Shown here in pieces: positions 42,451-53,303 of a DNA stretch of 64,000 nucleotides (position 1 is the first letter of the stretch; each line of letters opens with the position of its first letter). The stretch comes from an uncultured Gammaproteobacteria bacterium (GTDB taxonomy: Bacteria; Pseudomonadota; Gammaproteobacteria; DRLM01): NCBI GenBank assembly GCA_963729605.1, contig CAVSNY010000007.1, forward strand, positions 1,248,001 to 1,312,000, read 5' to 3'. Below the pieces are notes generated by a model that had not been told where the DNA came from, did no database searches, and saw only the letters and a list, made by a program, of their open reading frames with translations. The translations under genes and the position numbers were made by a program.

Positions 42451-42747
42451 TTAATTGGGGTCCACAAATTTGGATTTGGTTTTGGCGGCCCGTTCATACC
42501 AGTAACTGGATTGCTGGGCGTCGGGGGGCAGGCCCATCCAGCCTTTTTCATAGGCCCGGCCCAAAAATTCCTGTGCGATTACGTTGCCGTTTTCCGCGAC
42601 TTTGCGGAACCAGGTTAGAGACGCCTTCCCAGGCTGTTCACTCTCCGACATGCTCATCCCCTCTTCATCGTAGCGAGCCCCTCTCGCTTCAAAGCCGGCC
42701 GGGCTCGTTTTGGTTGTTGGTGCTGGGTCTGTATGGAAGGCGGGCAT
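42451..42747 (-). CDS. Small Sel1-repeat protein (possibly truncated)
   Basis: WFRKVAENGNVIAQEFLGRAYEKGWMGLPPD...YWYERAA. Confidence 0.55.
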   Translation of the reverse strand: MPAFHTDPAPTTKTSPAGFEARGARYDEEGMSMSESEQPGKASLTWFRKVAENGNVIAQEFLGRAYEKGWMGLPPDAQQSSYWYERAAKTKSKFVDPN

Positions 42748-42869
42748 TGTAGGGTGTCGTCCCCCCCAGGCGGCAATGGGGGGAAGTACGGATTGCTACA
42801 TTTTGAAATAGGAACATCTTGCCCCGCTTGTTGCGGAGCGGCATAACGCTTATCCTATGTCCCTCTTCG

Positions 42870-42960
42870 GGAGAGGTACCGAAGCGGTCACACCGGCACC
42901 GACTCGAAATCGGTTGGGGCTTTACCGCCCACGAGGGTTCGAATCCCTCCCTCTCCGCCA
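42870..42960 (+). tRNA. tRNA-Ser(CGA)
   Basis: GGAGAGG/CCTCTCC acceptor stem, G73, CCA, anticodon loop CTCGAAA, long variable arm, GGTTCGAATCC T arm. Confidence 0.95.
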
Positions 42961-43184
42961 ATCTCAAAAAGTTATAAATTTAGCCTCGCGTAAACGTAAT
43001 CGCTTGGGGCGCGGTGCATTTTTGATAGTTGTGACGTGACGCCCCCACCTCTCATACCATCCCATGGACTGAAGATTGCTCCCTTGTTTGAAAGCATCGA
43101 GCGGTCATCGCCCGTGAGGCCGCTTACGACGGCATCCGGCCCTTCGCGACCGCCGCGTGATTCGCGGCGACGGACCCTTCGAGG

Positions 43185-43217
43185 GTGTCATGTATCCGTA
43201 ATACCTTCGTCATGCGA
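43185..43217 (+). promoter_or_regulatory. Pho box (three 11-bp repeats)
   Basis: GTGTCAT-N4-CCGTAAT-N4-TCGTCAT upstream of pstS, with TATAGT at 43235. Confidence 0.7.
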
Positions 43218-43280
43218 GCGCCATATCCCGGCCCTATAGTTGCGCCATCTGCGATTCGCAGCAACTTAAGGGAGGAAAAC

Positions 43281-44273
43281 ATGAATAAACCGGCCGCTAC
43301 CGCTGTGCTGCTGCTATCCGCGACGATGACGTTGACCGCCCATGCCCGCGATCTGATCAAGGTTGACGGGTCCAGTACCGTGTTTCCCATCACCGAAGCC
43401 GTGGCCGAGGAATTCCAAAAGGCCGAGAAAGGCAAGACCATGGTCACCGTGGGCATTTCCGGTACCGGCGGCGGTTTCAAGAAGTTCTGCCGCGGTGAAA
43501 CCGACATCTCCGATGCCTCGCGTCCGATCAAAGATTCCGAGAAGAAGCTGTGTGCCGAGAATGGCATCGAGTACATCGAACTGCCGGCGGCCCTGGACGC
43601 GCTGACCGTGGTGATCAATCCCAAGAACACCTGGGTGGATCACCTGACGGTAGAAGAACTGAAAACGGCATGGTCGCCCGAGGCCCAGGGCAAGATCACC
43701 AGTTGGAAGCAAATTCGCCCCAGCTTTCCCGACCGGCCCTTGGTGTTGTTCGGCGCGGGCACCGATTCGGGCACCTATGACTATTTTGTCGAAGCCATAG
43801 TCGAGGGCAAGTCCACCCGCGGCGATTTCACCGCCAGCGAGGATGACAACGTATTGGTGCAGGGCGTGGCCAACGACGTCAACGCCATGGGCTTCTTCGG
43901 TCTGGCCTATTACGAAGAAAACCACGACAAACTCAAGGCCGCACCCATTTCCTGGAAGGGCGGCAAGGCCGTATCTCCTTCCGTGGAGAATGCCAAGAAC
44001 GCCAGCTACCAGCCGCTGTCACGTCCGATCTTTATCTATGTGAACAAAAAATCGGCCGACAGCAAGCCTTACGTGGCCCGTTTCGTCGAGTTTTACATGG
44101 ATAAAAAACACGCCGCGTCGCTGGTCAAGGAGGTGGGTTATGTCCCGCTCCCCGATAAGGCCTATGACATGGCGTTGGAGAAGTTCAAGAACCGCGTCAG
44201 CGGCACCGTGTTCCATGGCGCCGAGGTGGGGGTGGGCATCGAGGAACTGCTGGCCCGTACGCCGACCCATTAA
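43281..44273 (+). CDS. pstS: Phosphate ABC transporter substrate-binding protein
   Basis: [28 protein letters not shown]; signal peptide. Confidence 0.95.
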   Translation: MNKPAATAVLLLSATMTLTAHARDLIKVDGSSTVFPITEAVAEEFQKAEKGKTMVTVGISGTGGGFKKFCRGETDISDASRPIKDSEKKLCAENGIEYIELPAALDALTVVINPKNTWVDHLTVEELKTAWSPEAQGKITSWKQIRPSFPDRPLVLFGAGTDSGTYDYFVEAIVEGKSTRGDFTASEDDNVLVQGVANDVNAMGFFGLAYYEENHDKLKAAPISWKGGKAVSPSVENAKNASYQPLSRPIFIYVNKKSADSKPYVARFVEFYMDKKHAASLVKEVGYVPLPDKAYDMALEKFKNRVSGTVFHGAEVGVGIEELLARTPTH

Positions 44274-44342
44274 GTCGAGCATGAGTGGGGCGGCGCGAGC
44301 CGCCTCGCACTCTGATTGGTGATCATCGATAGAGGCTCTGAC

Positions 44343-45296
44343 ATGAACCCGGTCAATTCACTCCCCAGCCGCGACCTGGACCCGCGCCGGCCCTATGGCG
44401 CCAGTGAAGAATTTTTGCGTCGCCGGGCCTTGTGGAATCAGCTTGCCGGCTATCTGCTGTTTTTCGCCGCCGCCGCGTCGGTGTTGGTCACGGTAGGTAT
44501 CGTGTATGTGCTGATCCGCGATTCGCTGCCTTTCTTCCAGCAGGTTTCGCTGGGCGAGTTCTTCACCGATACCCAATGGACGCCGGTATTCGAAAATGCC
44601 CGCTTCGGGGTGATGACCCTGGTGTCGGCCACCCTGACGGTGGCGGGCATCGCGCTGGCGGTGGCCATTCCAGCCGGACTGGGGCTGGCGATTTATCTCA
44701 GTGAATATGCCCATCCCAAGGTGCGTGAGACCGTCAAGCCCTTGCTCGAGTTGCTGGAAGGCGTGCCCACGGTGGTCTACGGGTTTTTCGCGCTGCTGTT
44801 CGTGACCCCGCTGTTGCAGATATTCCTTCCCGGCCTGTCGGGGTTCAATTTGCTGGCGCCGGGTTTGGTGATGGGCATCATGATCCTGCCGTACACCGCC
44901 TCGGTCAGCGAGGACGCTATGCGCAGCGTCCCGATGGGATTGCGCGAGGCGGGTTATGCCCTGGGCTATTCCCGTTTCCGCGTCGCCAGCCGAGTGGTGA
45001 TTCCGGCGGCGTTGTCGGGGATCACCGCGGCCTTCATTCTCGGTATGTCGCGGGCGGTGGGCGAGACCATGGTAGTGGCCATCGCCGCGGGACAGAATCC
45101 CAACTTCGGTTTCAATCCCCTCGAGGGCGCGGCCACCATCACCGCCTATATCGTGCAGATGGCCATGGGTGATCTGCCGCACGGTTCCCTCGCTTATCAA
45201 TCGGTGTTCGCCGCGGGCCTGGCCCTGTTCGTGATCACCTTGGTATTCAACCTGATCGGCTTCTATCTGCGCCGGCGCTTTCGCGAGGTGTATTGA
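44343..45296 (+). CDS. pstC: Phosphate ABC permease
   Basis: [22 protein letters not shown]. Confidence 0.95.
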   Translation: MNPVNSLPSRDLDPRRPYGASEEFLRRRALWNQLAGYLLFFAAAASVLVTVGIVYVLIRDSLPFFQQVSLGEFFTDTQWTPVFENARFGVMTLVSATLTVAGIALAVAIPAGLGLAIYLSEYAHPKVRETVKPLLELLEGVPTVVYGFFALLFVTPLLQIFLPGLSGFNLLAPGLVMGIMILPYTASVSEDAMRSVPMGLREAGYALGYSRFRVASRVVIPAALSGITAAFILGMSRAVGETMVVAIAAGQNPNFGFNPLEGAATITAYIVQMAMGDLPHGSLAYQSVFAAGLALFVITLVFNLIGFYLRRRFREVY

Positions 45297-46231
45297 TGAC
45301 CGCGTCGACTCCCTCGGCATCGCAGCATGACCTGGCGCGCATCGTCGCCGCCAACCGCCGTGTCGACGTGGTGATGGCCAGCGTCGGTATCGTGATATTG
45401 ATGATCGCCACCGCCATGCTCGCCGCCGTCTTCATCGATCTGGTGGCGAGCGGTTGGGCGCGGCTGGTCAATCCGGATTTCTATATCAACTTCCCGTCGC
45501 GCCATCCTGAAAAGGCCGGCATTATCTCCGCCATGGTGGGGACCAGCCTGGTGATGTTGACCACGGCCGTGATCGCCATCCCCCTCGGCGTGGCGGCCGG
45601 ACTGTATTTGGAAGAGTATGCGCCGAAGAACTGGCTGACGGATCTCATCGAAATCAACGTCAGCAACCTGGCCGGGGTGCCGTCCATCATTTACGGCCTG
45701 TTGGCGCTGGGTCTGTTCGTCTACGGTTTCGATCTCGGCGAGACCGTGCTTACCGCCGGGCTGACGCTGGCCCTGCTGATTCTGCCGGTGATCATCGTCG
45801 CCACCCGCGAGGCGGTGCGCGGCATTCCGCAAGACTTGCGCGAAGCGGCCTACGGCCTCGGCGCCGACAAGTGGCAGGCGGTGCGCCTCTACGTGCTGCC
45901 GGCGGCCCGCCCCGGGATTCTCACCGGCATCATCGTGGGACTGGCGCGCGCCATCGGCGAGGCGGCACCGGTGATCACCATCGGCGCGCTCACCTTCATC
46001 GCCTTCCTGCCGCCCGCCCCGTGGCAGGCCGAGCCGCCGTTCATCAATTTCGACTGGCTCACCAGCCCGTTTACGGTCATGCCCATCCAGATGTTCAACT
46101 GGGTATCCCGGCCGCAGGCGGAATTTCATATCAACGCCGCCGCCACCGGCGTGGTGCTGATGGTGATGACGCTGGCGATGAACGCGCTCGCGATTTACAT
46201 CCGTTTACGCCTGCGCCGGCAGCAACGCTGA
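45293..46231 (+). CDS. pstA: Phosphate ABC permease
   Basis: [21 protein letters not shown]. Confidence 0.95.
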   Translation: MMTASTPSASQHDLARIVAANRRVDVVMASVGIVILMIATAMLAAVFIDLVASGWARLVNPDFYINFPSRHPEKAGIISAMVGTSLVMLTTAVIAIPLGVAAGLYLEEYAPKNWLTDLIEINVSNLAGVPSIIYGLLALGLFVYGFDLGETVLTAGLTLALLILPVIIVATREAVRGIPQDLREAAYGLGADKWQAVRLYVLPAARPGILTGIIVGLARAIGEAAPVITIGALTFIAFLPPAPWQAEPPFINFDWLTSPFTVMPIQMFNWVSRPQAEFHINAAATGVVLMVMTLAMNALAIYIRLRLRRQQR

Positions 46232-46253
46232 GTACGGCGAGGGACTTCCGACC

Positions 46254-47102
46254 ATGCAACGACAAGCGAAAAAACCTATGAACGAGACTATTACGCGAGA
46301 CGCCGTCGAACCGGCGCGTGAGGTGCCGCCCGTGGTGGCCGGTGCGCCCGCGCTGCGGGCCGAGGTGCGCAAACTCAGTTTTTGGTACGGCGGCACCCAG
46401 GCGCTGCAGGCGGTCGATCTGCCGGTGTCGGATAGAAAGGTCACCGCCCTGATCGGGCCGTCGGGTTGCGGCAAAAGCACGCTGCTGCGCAGTTTCAACC
46501 GCATGCACGATCTCTATCCCGGCAACCGCTACAGCGGCGAGATTCGCCTCTACCCCGAGAATCGTAATCTGATCGAGATGGAGCCCGGCTTGGTGCGATT
46601 GCGCATCGGCATGGTGTTCCAGAAGCCCAATCCCTTTCCGAAATCTATCTACGAAAATGTGGCGGCCGGTCTGCAGGTGCGGGGCATAGTCAACAAGAAA
46701 ATCTTGGACGAGCGTGTCGAGCAGGCGCTGCGCGGCGCCGCGTTGTGGGACGAGGTCAAGGACCGCTTGCGTGATTCGGCTTACGGACTATCGGGCGGAC
46801 AGCAGCAACGGCTTTGCATCGCACGCGCGCTGGCGCCGCAACCCGACATCCTGCTGCTCGATGAACCCACGTCGGCGCTGGACCCGATCGCCACCGCCAA
46901 GATCGAAGACTTGCTCACCGAGCTGCGCGGTACGGTGACGGTCATCATCGTCACTCATAACATGCAGCAGGCCGCGCGAATCTCCGATTTCACGGCCTAT
47001 ATGCATCTCGGCAAGCTGGTGGAATACGCCGTCACCGACGAGTTGTTCACCGTACCCCGGCATCAGCTGACCCGAGACTACATCACCGGCCGTTTCGGTT
47101 AA
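46254..47102 (+). CDS. pstB: Phosphate ABC ATPase
   Basis: [39 protein letters not shown]. Confidence 0.97.
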   Translation: MQRQAKKPMNETITRDAVEPAREVPPVVAGAPALRAEVRKLSFWYGGTQALQAVDLPVSDRKVTALIGPSGCGKSTLLRSFNRMHDLYPGNRYSGEIRLYPENRNLIEMEPGLVRLRIGMVFQKPNPFPKSIYENVAAGLQVRGIVNKKILDERVEQALRGAALWDEVKDRLRDSAYGLSGGQQQRLCIARALAPQPDILLLDEPTSALDPIATAKIEDLLTELRGTVTVIIVTHNMQQAARISDFTAYMHLGKLVEYAVTDELFTVPRHQLTRDYITGRFG

Positions 47103-47122
47103 CCGCGCGGATAAGGAATACC

Positions 47123-47821
47123 ATGAACGATAAGCACACCCTGCGTATTTTCGACGAAGACCTCAAGGCGCTGAGTGAGGAGGTGATACATCTCGCCATC
47201 CGCGTCGCCGAGGAGCTCGACGCCGCCCTCGAGGTTTTGCTCACGGGGGATGCCGCGGCGGCCCGGGCCGTCATCGACAGCGATCGCCAAGCCGACGATT
47301 TGCAGGACCGGATCAATCACCACACCGCCCGCACCCTGGCGCGGCAGCAGGCCATGGCCGACGACTTGCGCGCCATCCTGGCCGCCGCGCGTATCGCGCC
47401 TCACCTGGAACGTATCGGCGATTACGCCAAGAATACCGCCAAGCGCAGCCAGCGCCTGACTCAGCCCATCGACGCCGAACTCGCGGCGCAGTACCGCTGG
47501 ATGGTCATCCGCATCCAATCCATGCTGCGCCGGGTGACCGAGGCTTACGCCCAGCACGATGCCCGCGCGGCCAATGTCGCCTGGGCGGACGATGCCGAGC
47601 TGGACGCCGTCTACGCCAAGCTCTTCGAGCGTCTGCTGGACATCATGCGTGAAGACAGCCGCCGCGTGGCCGACGGCACTCAGTTGCTGTTCATCGCCAA
47701 AGGATTGGAACGGGCCGGCGATCATGTCACCGACATCGCCGAAGAGGTGTATCTGATGGTGACGGGCAAACCCTTGCAAGGTCCGCGGCCCAAGGTGGAC
47801 GAACAGGGTGGAAGCCTCTGA
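47123..47821 (+). CDS. phoU: Phosphate signalling protein PhoU
   Basis: LERIGDYAKN, LERAGDHVTDIAE. Confidence 0.93.
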   Translation: MNDKHTLRIFDEDLKALSEEVIHLAIRVAEELDAALEVLLTGDAAAARAVIDSDRQADDLQDRINHHTARTLARQQAMADDLRAILAAARIAPHLERIGDYAKNTAKRSQRLTQPIDAELAAQYRWMVIRIQSMLRRVTEAYAQHDARAANVAWADDAELDAVYAKLFERLLDIMREDSRRVADGTQLLFIAKGLERAGDHVTDIAEEVYLMVTGKPLQGPRPKVDEQGGSL

Positions 47822-48063
47822 GCCACGCGGAGGCCGCGCCACGGACATCTGAAGCCCAAGTATTCCGCCGCGGTGTTCAACGCTTGGTCATCGATCTGAA
47901 GAAAAATGAAAATCGCGCGGTCGCCTTCCGGGCAGGGAGGCCAATGCCGCGGATATAGGGGCACGGGCCGTGTCCTGAAATTTTCAGGATGGAATTATTC
48001 AGAGCTTCCCTAAGAAAAGCTGCGGTAACATGGCCTTTATCCCGTTGCTGCTGAGGAATCGTT

Positions 48064-48498
48064 ATGAATCTGCTGTTTCTTTGTACCGGTAATTCCTGCC
48101 GTTCGCAGATGGCCGAGGGCTGGGCGAAAAAATGCGCGCCGGCCGGCTGGAGCATTGAATCGGCCGGCATCGAAGCGCACGGCAAGAATCCCCGCGCCAT
48201 TGCGGTGATGGGGGAAGCGGGCGTCGATATCTCGCAACAGGCATCGACTCGATTGACCGATGCCATGCTGCGGCGCGCCGATTATCTGGTGACCGTCTGC
48301 GGTCACGCCGACGAGCATTGCCCGGCGCTGCCCGCGGCGATCCGCAAGGAGCACTGGCCGCTCAACGATCCGGCCAAGGCCACGGGCACGGAAGAAGAGA
48401 TCATGGCGGTGTTTCGTGCCACTCGCGACGAGGTTCGCGCTCGAACCGAAGATCTGATCGCGCGCCTGGCGCGCGAGGAGGCCGCGGCGGGGGCCTAA
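48064..48498 (+). CDS. arsC: Thioredoxin-coupled arsenate reductase (LMW-PTPase fold)
   Basis: CTGNSCRSQMAEG plus C..ADEHCP redox cysteines. Confidence 0.92.
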   Translation: MNLLFLCTGNSCRSQMAEGWAKKCAPAGWSIESAGIEAHGKNPRAIAVMGEAGVDISQQASTRLTDAMLRRADYLVTVCGHADEHCPALPAAIRKEHWPLNDPAKATGTEEEIMAVFRATRDEVRARTEDLIARLAREEAAAGA

Positions 48499-48548
48499 CA
48501 GTCCCGAACCGCAAGCGCAAGCACGCATCGGCGAGGTCCCGGGCAACG

Positions 48549-49673
48549 ATGAATACGCAAACTGAAACCGCGGTGAAGAAAGACGGCGCCGGAATAGGTT
48601 TTTTCGAGCGCTATCTGACGGTCTGGGTGTTGCTGTGCATTATCGCGGGTATCGCCCTGGGACATTTTTTCAACGGGGCGTTCCAGGTGATCGGCTCGCT
48701 GGAAGTGGCGCGGGTCAATCTGCCGGTGGCGGTGCTGGTTTGGCTGATGATCATTCCCATGCTGCTCAAGATCGATCTGCGCGCGCTCAGCGGAGTGCGC
48801 CGGCATCTGCGCGGCGTGGGCGTGACGCTGTTCGTCAACTGGGCGGTCAAACCTTTTTCCATGGCGGTGCTGGCCTGGCTGTTTATCGGCTGGTGGTTCC
48901 GTGACTGGCTGCCGGCGGATCAGATCGACGGTTATATCGCCGGACTGATCATACTCGCCGCGGCGCCGTGTACCGCCATGGTGTTCGTCTGGAGTCATCT
49001 GTCGCGCGGCGAGCCGCACTTCACGCTGTCGCAGGTGGCGCTCAACGACGTCATCATGATCTTTGCCTTCGCGCCGATTGTTGGATTGTTGCTGGGGCTA
49101 TCGGCCATCAGCGTGCCCTGGGAGACATTGCTGTTGTCGGTGGCGCTTTATATCGTCGTGCCGCTGATCATCGCCGGTCTGTGGCGCCGCCGGCTGCTTA
49201 AGGGTGAGCATGGCGATGCACGTTTGCAGCGGGTGCTGGAACGCCTGCACTTCCTGTCGGTGACGGCCCTGCTGGTCACGCTGGTCCTGCTGTTCGGTTT
49301 TCAAGGCGCGCAGATCATCGCCCAGCCGCTGGTGATCGCGCTGCTGGCAGTGCCGATTCTGATCCAGGTGTTCTTCAACTCCGGCCTGGCTTATTTTCTC
49401 AATCGCGCGGTACGCTCGCCGCACTGTGTGGCGGGACCTTCGGCGCTGATCGGCGCGAGCAATTTCTTTGAACTGGCGGTCGCCACCGCGATCGTCCTGT
49501 TCGGCTTCGAGTCCGGCGCCGCGCTCGCGACGGTGGTCGGTGTGTTGATCGAAGTGCCGGCGATGTTGGCGGTGGTCGCCGTCGTCAATCGCAGCCGCGC
49601 CTGGTACGAGCGTCGCGCCGGTGTACCGACCTACGAGCAATGTTGTCCCCCGGCCGCGCCTGCCAGCCGATGA
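48549..49673 (+). CDS. acr3: Arsenite efflux transporter Acr3
   Basis: FFERYLTVWV, APCTAMVFVW, GASNFFELAVA, GVLIEVP. Confidence 0.95.
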   Translation: MNTQTETAVKKDGAGIGFFERYLTVWVLLCIIAGIALGHFFNGAFQVIGSLEVARVNLPVAVLVWLMIIPMLLKIDLRALSGVRRHLRGVGVTLFVNWAVKPFSMAVLAWLFIGWWFRDWLPADQIDGYIAGLIILAAAPCTAMVFVWSHLSRGEPHFTLSQVALNDVIMIFAFAPIVGLLLGLSAISVPWETLLLSVALYIVVPLIIAGLWRRRLLKGEHGDARLQRVLERLHFLSVTALLVTLVLLFGFQGAQIIAQPLVIALLAVPILIQVFFNSGLAYFLNRAVRSPHCVAGPSALIGASNFFELAVATAIVLFGFESGAALATVVGVLIEVPAMLAVVAVVNRSRAWYERRAGVPTYEQCCPPAAPASR

Positions 49674-49881
49674 CCGGTGGGGGCCCGCGTGGCGGAGCGG
49701 ATTGGTTGTGGAACAGGGTCGCGGCGTCATGTCCCGTTCCTGGCTGTTCACGATGGATAAACTCGGTCAAGATGATGCGCCTGGCCAGATGCCATTGGTT
49801 TATGCGCCGACCGAATAAAAGAGTAAGCGACCCTTGAGTCGAGTCCGCGCATCGAGGCCTTTCTACGTATAGAGGGAAAAG

Positions 49882-51684
49882 ATGCGCACTCACACCGAGA
49901 AATCCGCCGACGAACACGCCCAGGCCGAGCTTGCCGGCGCCAAAAAACGCAGTGACGCCGCGGCCGTTCAATTCGAAGACCAGCGGTCCGCCGCCCTGGC
50001 GCAAAGGCAATTAAAACAAGCGGCCGATGCCAGCCCGCAGGTAAAACAACTGCAAGCCGCCCAGCAGGCGTCCGACCGCAAACTCACGCCGGGCGCCGCG
50101 CTGGCGCCGGTTCAAAATGCTAATCGGACCGGATTGCCCGATGGATTGAAGACGGGTATCGAAACCCTTTCCGGCCACTCCCTGGACGATGTGAAGGTGC
50201 ACTACAACTCGCCGCGACCGGCGCAGTTGCAGGCCTTGGCCTATGCGCAAGGCGCGGATATTCATATGGGACCGGGTCAGGAAAAACACCTGCCCCACGA
50301 GGCGTGGCATGTGGTGCAGCAGAAACAGGGGCGGGTAAAACCCGGCGTGCGGACACGGGACGACTCCATCAATACCGATCAGGCGCTGGAACACGAAGCG
50401 GATCGGATGGGCGCGCAGGCGCTGAGCGCGGCACGCGAAGCACAGGCGCAGCTTGAACCGGGTATGCAATTGCGGCGCAATCCGGCGGACGGGCCGGTGG
50501 CGCAATTGAAACCCGTCACCGTCACCGTGACGGGCATCACCCATCTGGTGGCGATGAGCGGCGGTTCGGTCATGGAAGGCCGCGAGTATCTGGAAGTGGG
50601 GGAACGCGACGCGCTTTTAATCGACACCGAGGTGAAATACCGTTCCCGGCGCGGGCCCAATCAGAAAATATACGGCGAGTCGGACGAAGAGGGGCCGCAG
50701 GTCTATCGCTGGTTCAAGGTGCTGCAAGTGAACGGCAAGCCGGTGCCGGAGAATATCTTTATCCGCGACGAGACCTTCGTGGCGGAGAGCCCGGAGTTGC
50801 TGGGCAGGCGTCCCGCGAAACTCGATCCTACTCAGCGCGACCGCGTGACACCGGAAGAAGAACCCTTGTTCGTCATTGCCGGCGAGATCGTCGGCAGGGC
50901 GGCCGCGGTCGCGCCCCAGGACGGTGCCATGCGCCGTTTGGTCGAAACCTGGAAGTCGTTCAAAAAGCCCGGTCACGATGTGATGAAGACCTACAAATTG
51001 ATGCAGGTCTGTTATGCCTTGAGCGTCCATCCGCGCATCGCGGTCTTGCTGAAGGACGAGGCGGGCGTAATAAAAGTCAAAAGGATCGTCGCCATCGTGG
51101 CCGGTATCATCGGCCGGCAAATCATCCAGGAGTGGTCTTCCAATCCCAGCGATGACATCGCGAAAAGAGGCGAGGCCTGGACGTTTTTCTGCGACGGGGT
51201 GGAGTATTTGTCGAAGCGGCAGGATCAGCTCAATACGTATTTCGCCAATTGTCTGGAACACGACAAAGGGTATGGCCAAACCCATGCGTCGGCTTCCGAC
51301 TATCTGTTATTCAGCGTCGAATCCAGCGGCGGGGTGGAAGACAGTTTCGTCGATGTGCTGCGCAGGGCCTTGCATGAGCATTCCAATACCAACATCTGGG
51401 ACGGCGGACAGGCCGGCAGCGGTAAATTGAGCGATCAGCTCACGCGCGCGGTTGAAACCGAAACCATGAAGAGCCGGAAACCCGTCGTGCAAGAAGACAT
51501 GATGTGGTCGAGGATCGTGACCGCCGTCATCGACGCCAAGAACCCGGTGCAAAAGGAATGGGCCTACGCCGCCATCATCCGGAAAAACGCCGCGACGCTG
51601 TTCGAGACGGTGAGGCGGTTGGTTCCTACGACTTTCCCCTTGAGTATGGATAGACTCGAAGACGTGTTGTCTCTATTTGGCTAA
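49882..51684 (+). CDS. eCIS core (DUF4157) domain protein with uncharacterised C-terminal region
   Basis: NRTGLPDGLK.GIE.LSG.SLDDVKVHYNS..PAQLQALAYAQG.DIH...HLPHEAWHVVQQKQGRV...LEHEADRMG. Confidence 0.85.
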   Translation: MRTHTEKSADEHAQAELAGAKKRSDAAAVQFEDQRSAALAQRQLKQAADASPQVKQLQAAQQASDRKLTPGAALAPVQNANRTGLPDGLKTGIETLSGHSLDDVKVHYNSPRPAQLQALAYAQGADIHMGPGQEKHLPHEAWHVVQQKQGRVKPGVRTRDDSINTDQALEHEADRMGAQALSAAREAQAQLEPGMQLRRNPADGPVAQLKPVTVTVTGITHLVAMSGGSVMEGREYLEVGERDALLIDTEVKYRSRRGPNQKIYGESDEEGPQVYRWFKVLQVNGKPVPENIFIRDETFVAESPELLGRRPAKLDPTQRDRVTPEEEPLFVIAGEIVGRAAAVAPQDGAMRRLVETWKSFKKPGHDVMKTYKLMQVCYALSVHPRIAVLLKDEAGVIKVKRIVAIVAGIIGRQIIQEWSSNPSDDIAKRGEAWTFFCDGVEYLSKRQDQLNTYFANCLEHDKGYGQTHASASDYLLFSVESSGGVEDSFVDVLRRALHEHSNTNIWDGGQAGSGKLSDQLTRAVETETMKSRKPVVQEDMMWSRIVTAVIDAKNPVQKEWAYAAIIRKNAATLFETVRRLVPTTFPLSMDRLEDVLSLFG

Positions 51685-52721
51685 TCCCGCATTTAGATAA
51701 ACTCCCTGCTTGTATAGCGAATGCATCCCAGCATGATCGAGCAGCGATCCGTGCGAGAGAAATTATTGCGCGGCCGCGCGCTTGTGCGCGTCGGTTTATG
51801 ACAGCCGCCGCCGTCCTGTGAAAAAAATATTGACAGCATTTCTGTCGCATAAGCCTCAGCCGCATGATGGATGGATTTTATTGATATCGATTCAGCTAAA
51901 TGTAGCGAGATGTAGCGAGGGTGCCGCAAGTTGAAGATCGTGTTGAAGGATGAGTGGTAATTGATTGGCCTTGTTATCATTCAGCGTGGAAATGCCATGG
52001 GCGGGCTTGCCGGCTAACATAATGTTAGACACAAAAGAGAATTGCGCTCGGGCGTGAGTAGGTGTAGAAAGAATCCACGCAGTTGGTCATACGAAAAAAA
52101 ATAACAGTCAGCTCATGATGAGTTGACCCACAACAAAGTGCCTTTAGGGAATCCGGCCGGATGGTGGTGGCTGGGTTCACTGTTAGGCGGGCGGCCTTCA
52201 AAGGTCTGCCATCGACGACGCCATAACGGGTGTGGTTCTGGAGGGATGCGACATGGAAGCGGGGTTGGCGATGTTTTCCGATGGAGGTGCACCCATCGAG
52301 GCGGATAATCAGCGCCATGTTTATCCGAGCCAGGCAATAAAAAAATCACGTCGACGTTCACTTGTTCAAAATGGCGCTTTTCCGGCGCCGATTCCCCGCG
52401 CAATCCTTAGATTCGACACTGGCCGATATGCGGTCCCGCGGCCGCATGCGGGCGATGATTCCAGTTTTCCCCTTGGCGGATTTCGCACGGCTACGCCGCG
52501 GCTTGAATTTTCTTTCGGACGGAAAATCCCGGTCGTCCGCCACGGCGATTTATTGCGCGGGCATTGCTCGCGGGCTGCGTCGTTAACCAGGCCGACCGTT
52601 TCAAGTCGGGATATCATCCGCCGTTGCGGTCGCCCGCGCGCTTGACGCGTCGGGATGAGTAGAAATTTTTCCGTTGTAACCGAAAAGTCACGCGTATAAA
52701 TAATAATTAGGATTTCGACTG

Positions 52722-53294
52722 ATGATCGACGCCGCTATCAGCCATATTGCAGGTCAATTGAATCAATACTTAAAAAGTATTTTCGAATTGAGCGAGGATG
52801 TGGTGGTGATCTCCAATATCTTGGAACAAGATGGCAATGTGGCCTCCCACATCAATAACAAGCTCGTGGTGTTTCTGGTCAACATCGAAAGGGACACCTC
52901 GCCGCAACGCCAGCCCAACGGTGTGCCGGGCGGTGAGCGGGCGGTGGTGGGGTTTCCGCCGATCTATCTCAATTTATATCTGATGTTCGCCGGCCACTTC
53001 AGCGGCAAGAATTATCCGGAGGCGCTTAAATTCGTCTCGAATACCATCGCCTTTTTTCAGGGGCATCCGGTATTCGATCATCACAATTCACCGGACTTAG
53101 ATCGACGCATCGACAAGCTGGTGCTGGATATCGAAAACCTGAATTTGAAAGATCTGGGTGCCTTGTGGGGGGCGCTCAGCGGCAAATACCTGCCTTCGGT
53201 ACTCTACAAGATCCGCATGGTCGCGGTGGACGCGGGTGACGTAAATACCCAGGTGCCGACCCTGAAAACTCCGCAAAATTCGTTCAATCACTAG
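52722..53294 (+). CDS. eCIS cap/terminator protein (DUF4255, Pvc16/Afp16-like)
   Basis: LVNIE, PPIYLNLYLMF...NY.EALK..S..I.FFQ, LWGAL.GKYLPSVLYKIRM. Confidence 0.85.
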   Translation: MIDAAISHIAGQLNQYLKSIFELSEDVVVISNILEQDGNVASHINNKLVVFLVNIERDTSPQRQPNGVPGGERAVVGFPPIYLNLYLMFAGHFSGKNYPEALKFVSNTIAFFQGHPVFDHHNSPDLDRRIDKLVLDIENLNLKDLGALWGALSGKYLPSVLYKIRMVAVDAGDVNTQVPTLKTPQNSFNH

Positions 53295-53303
53295 CCGATA
53301 GCC

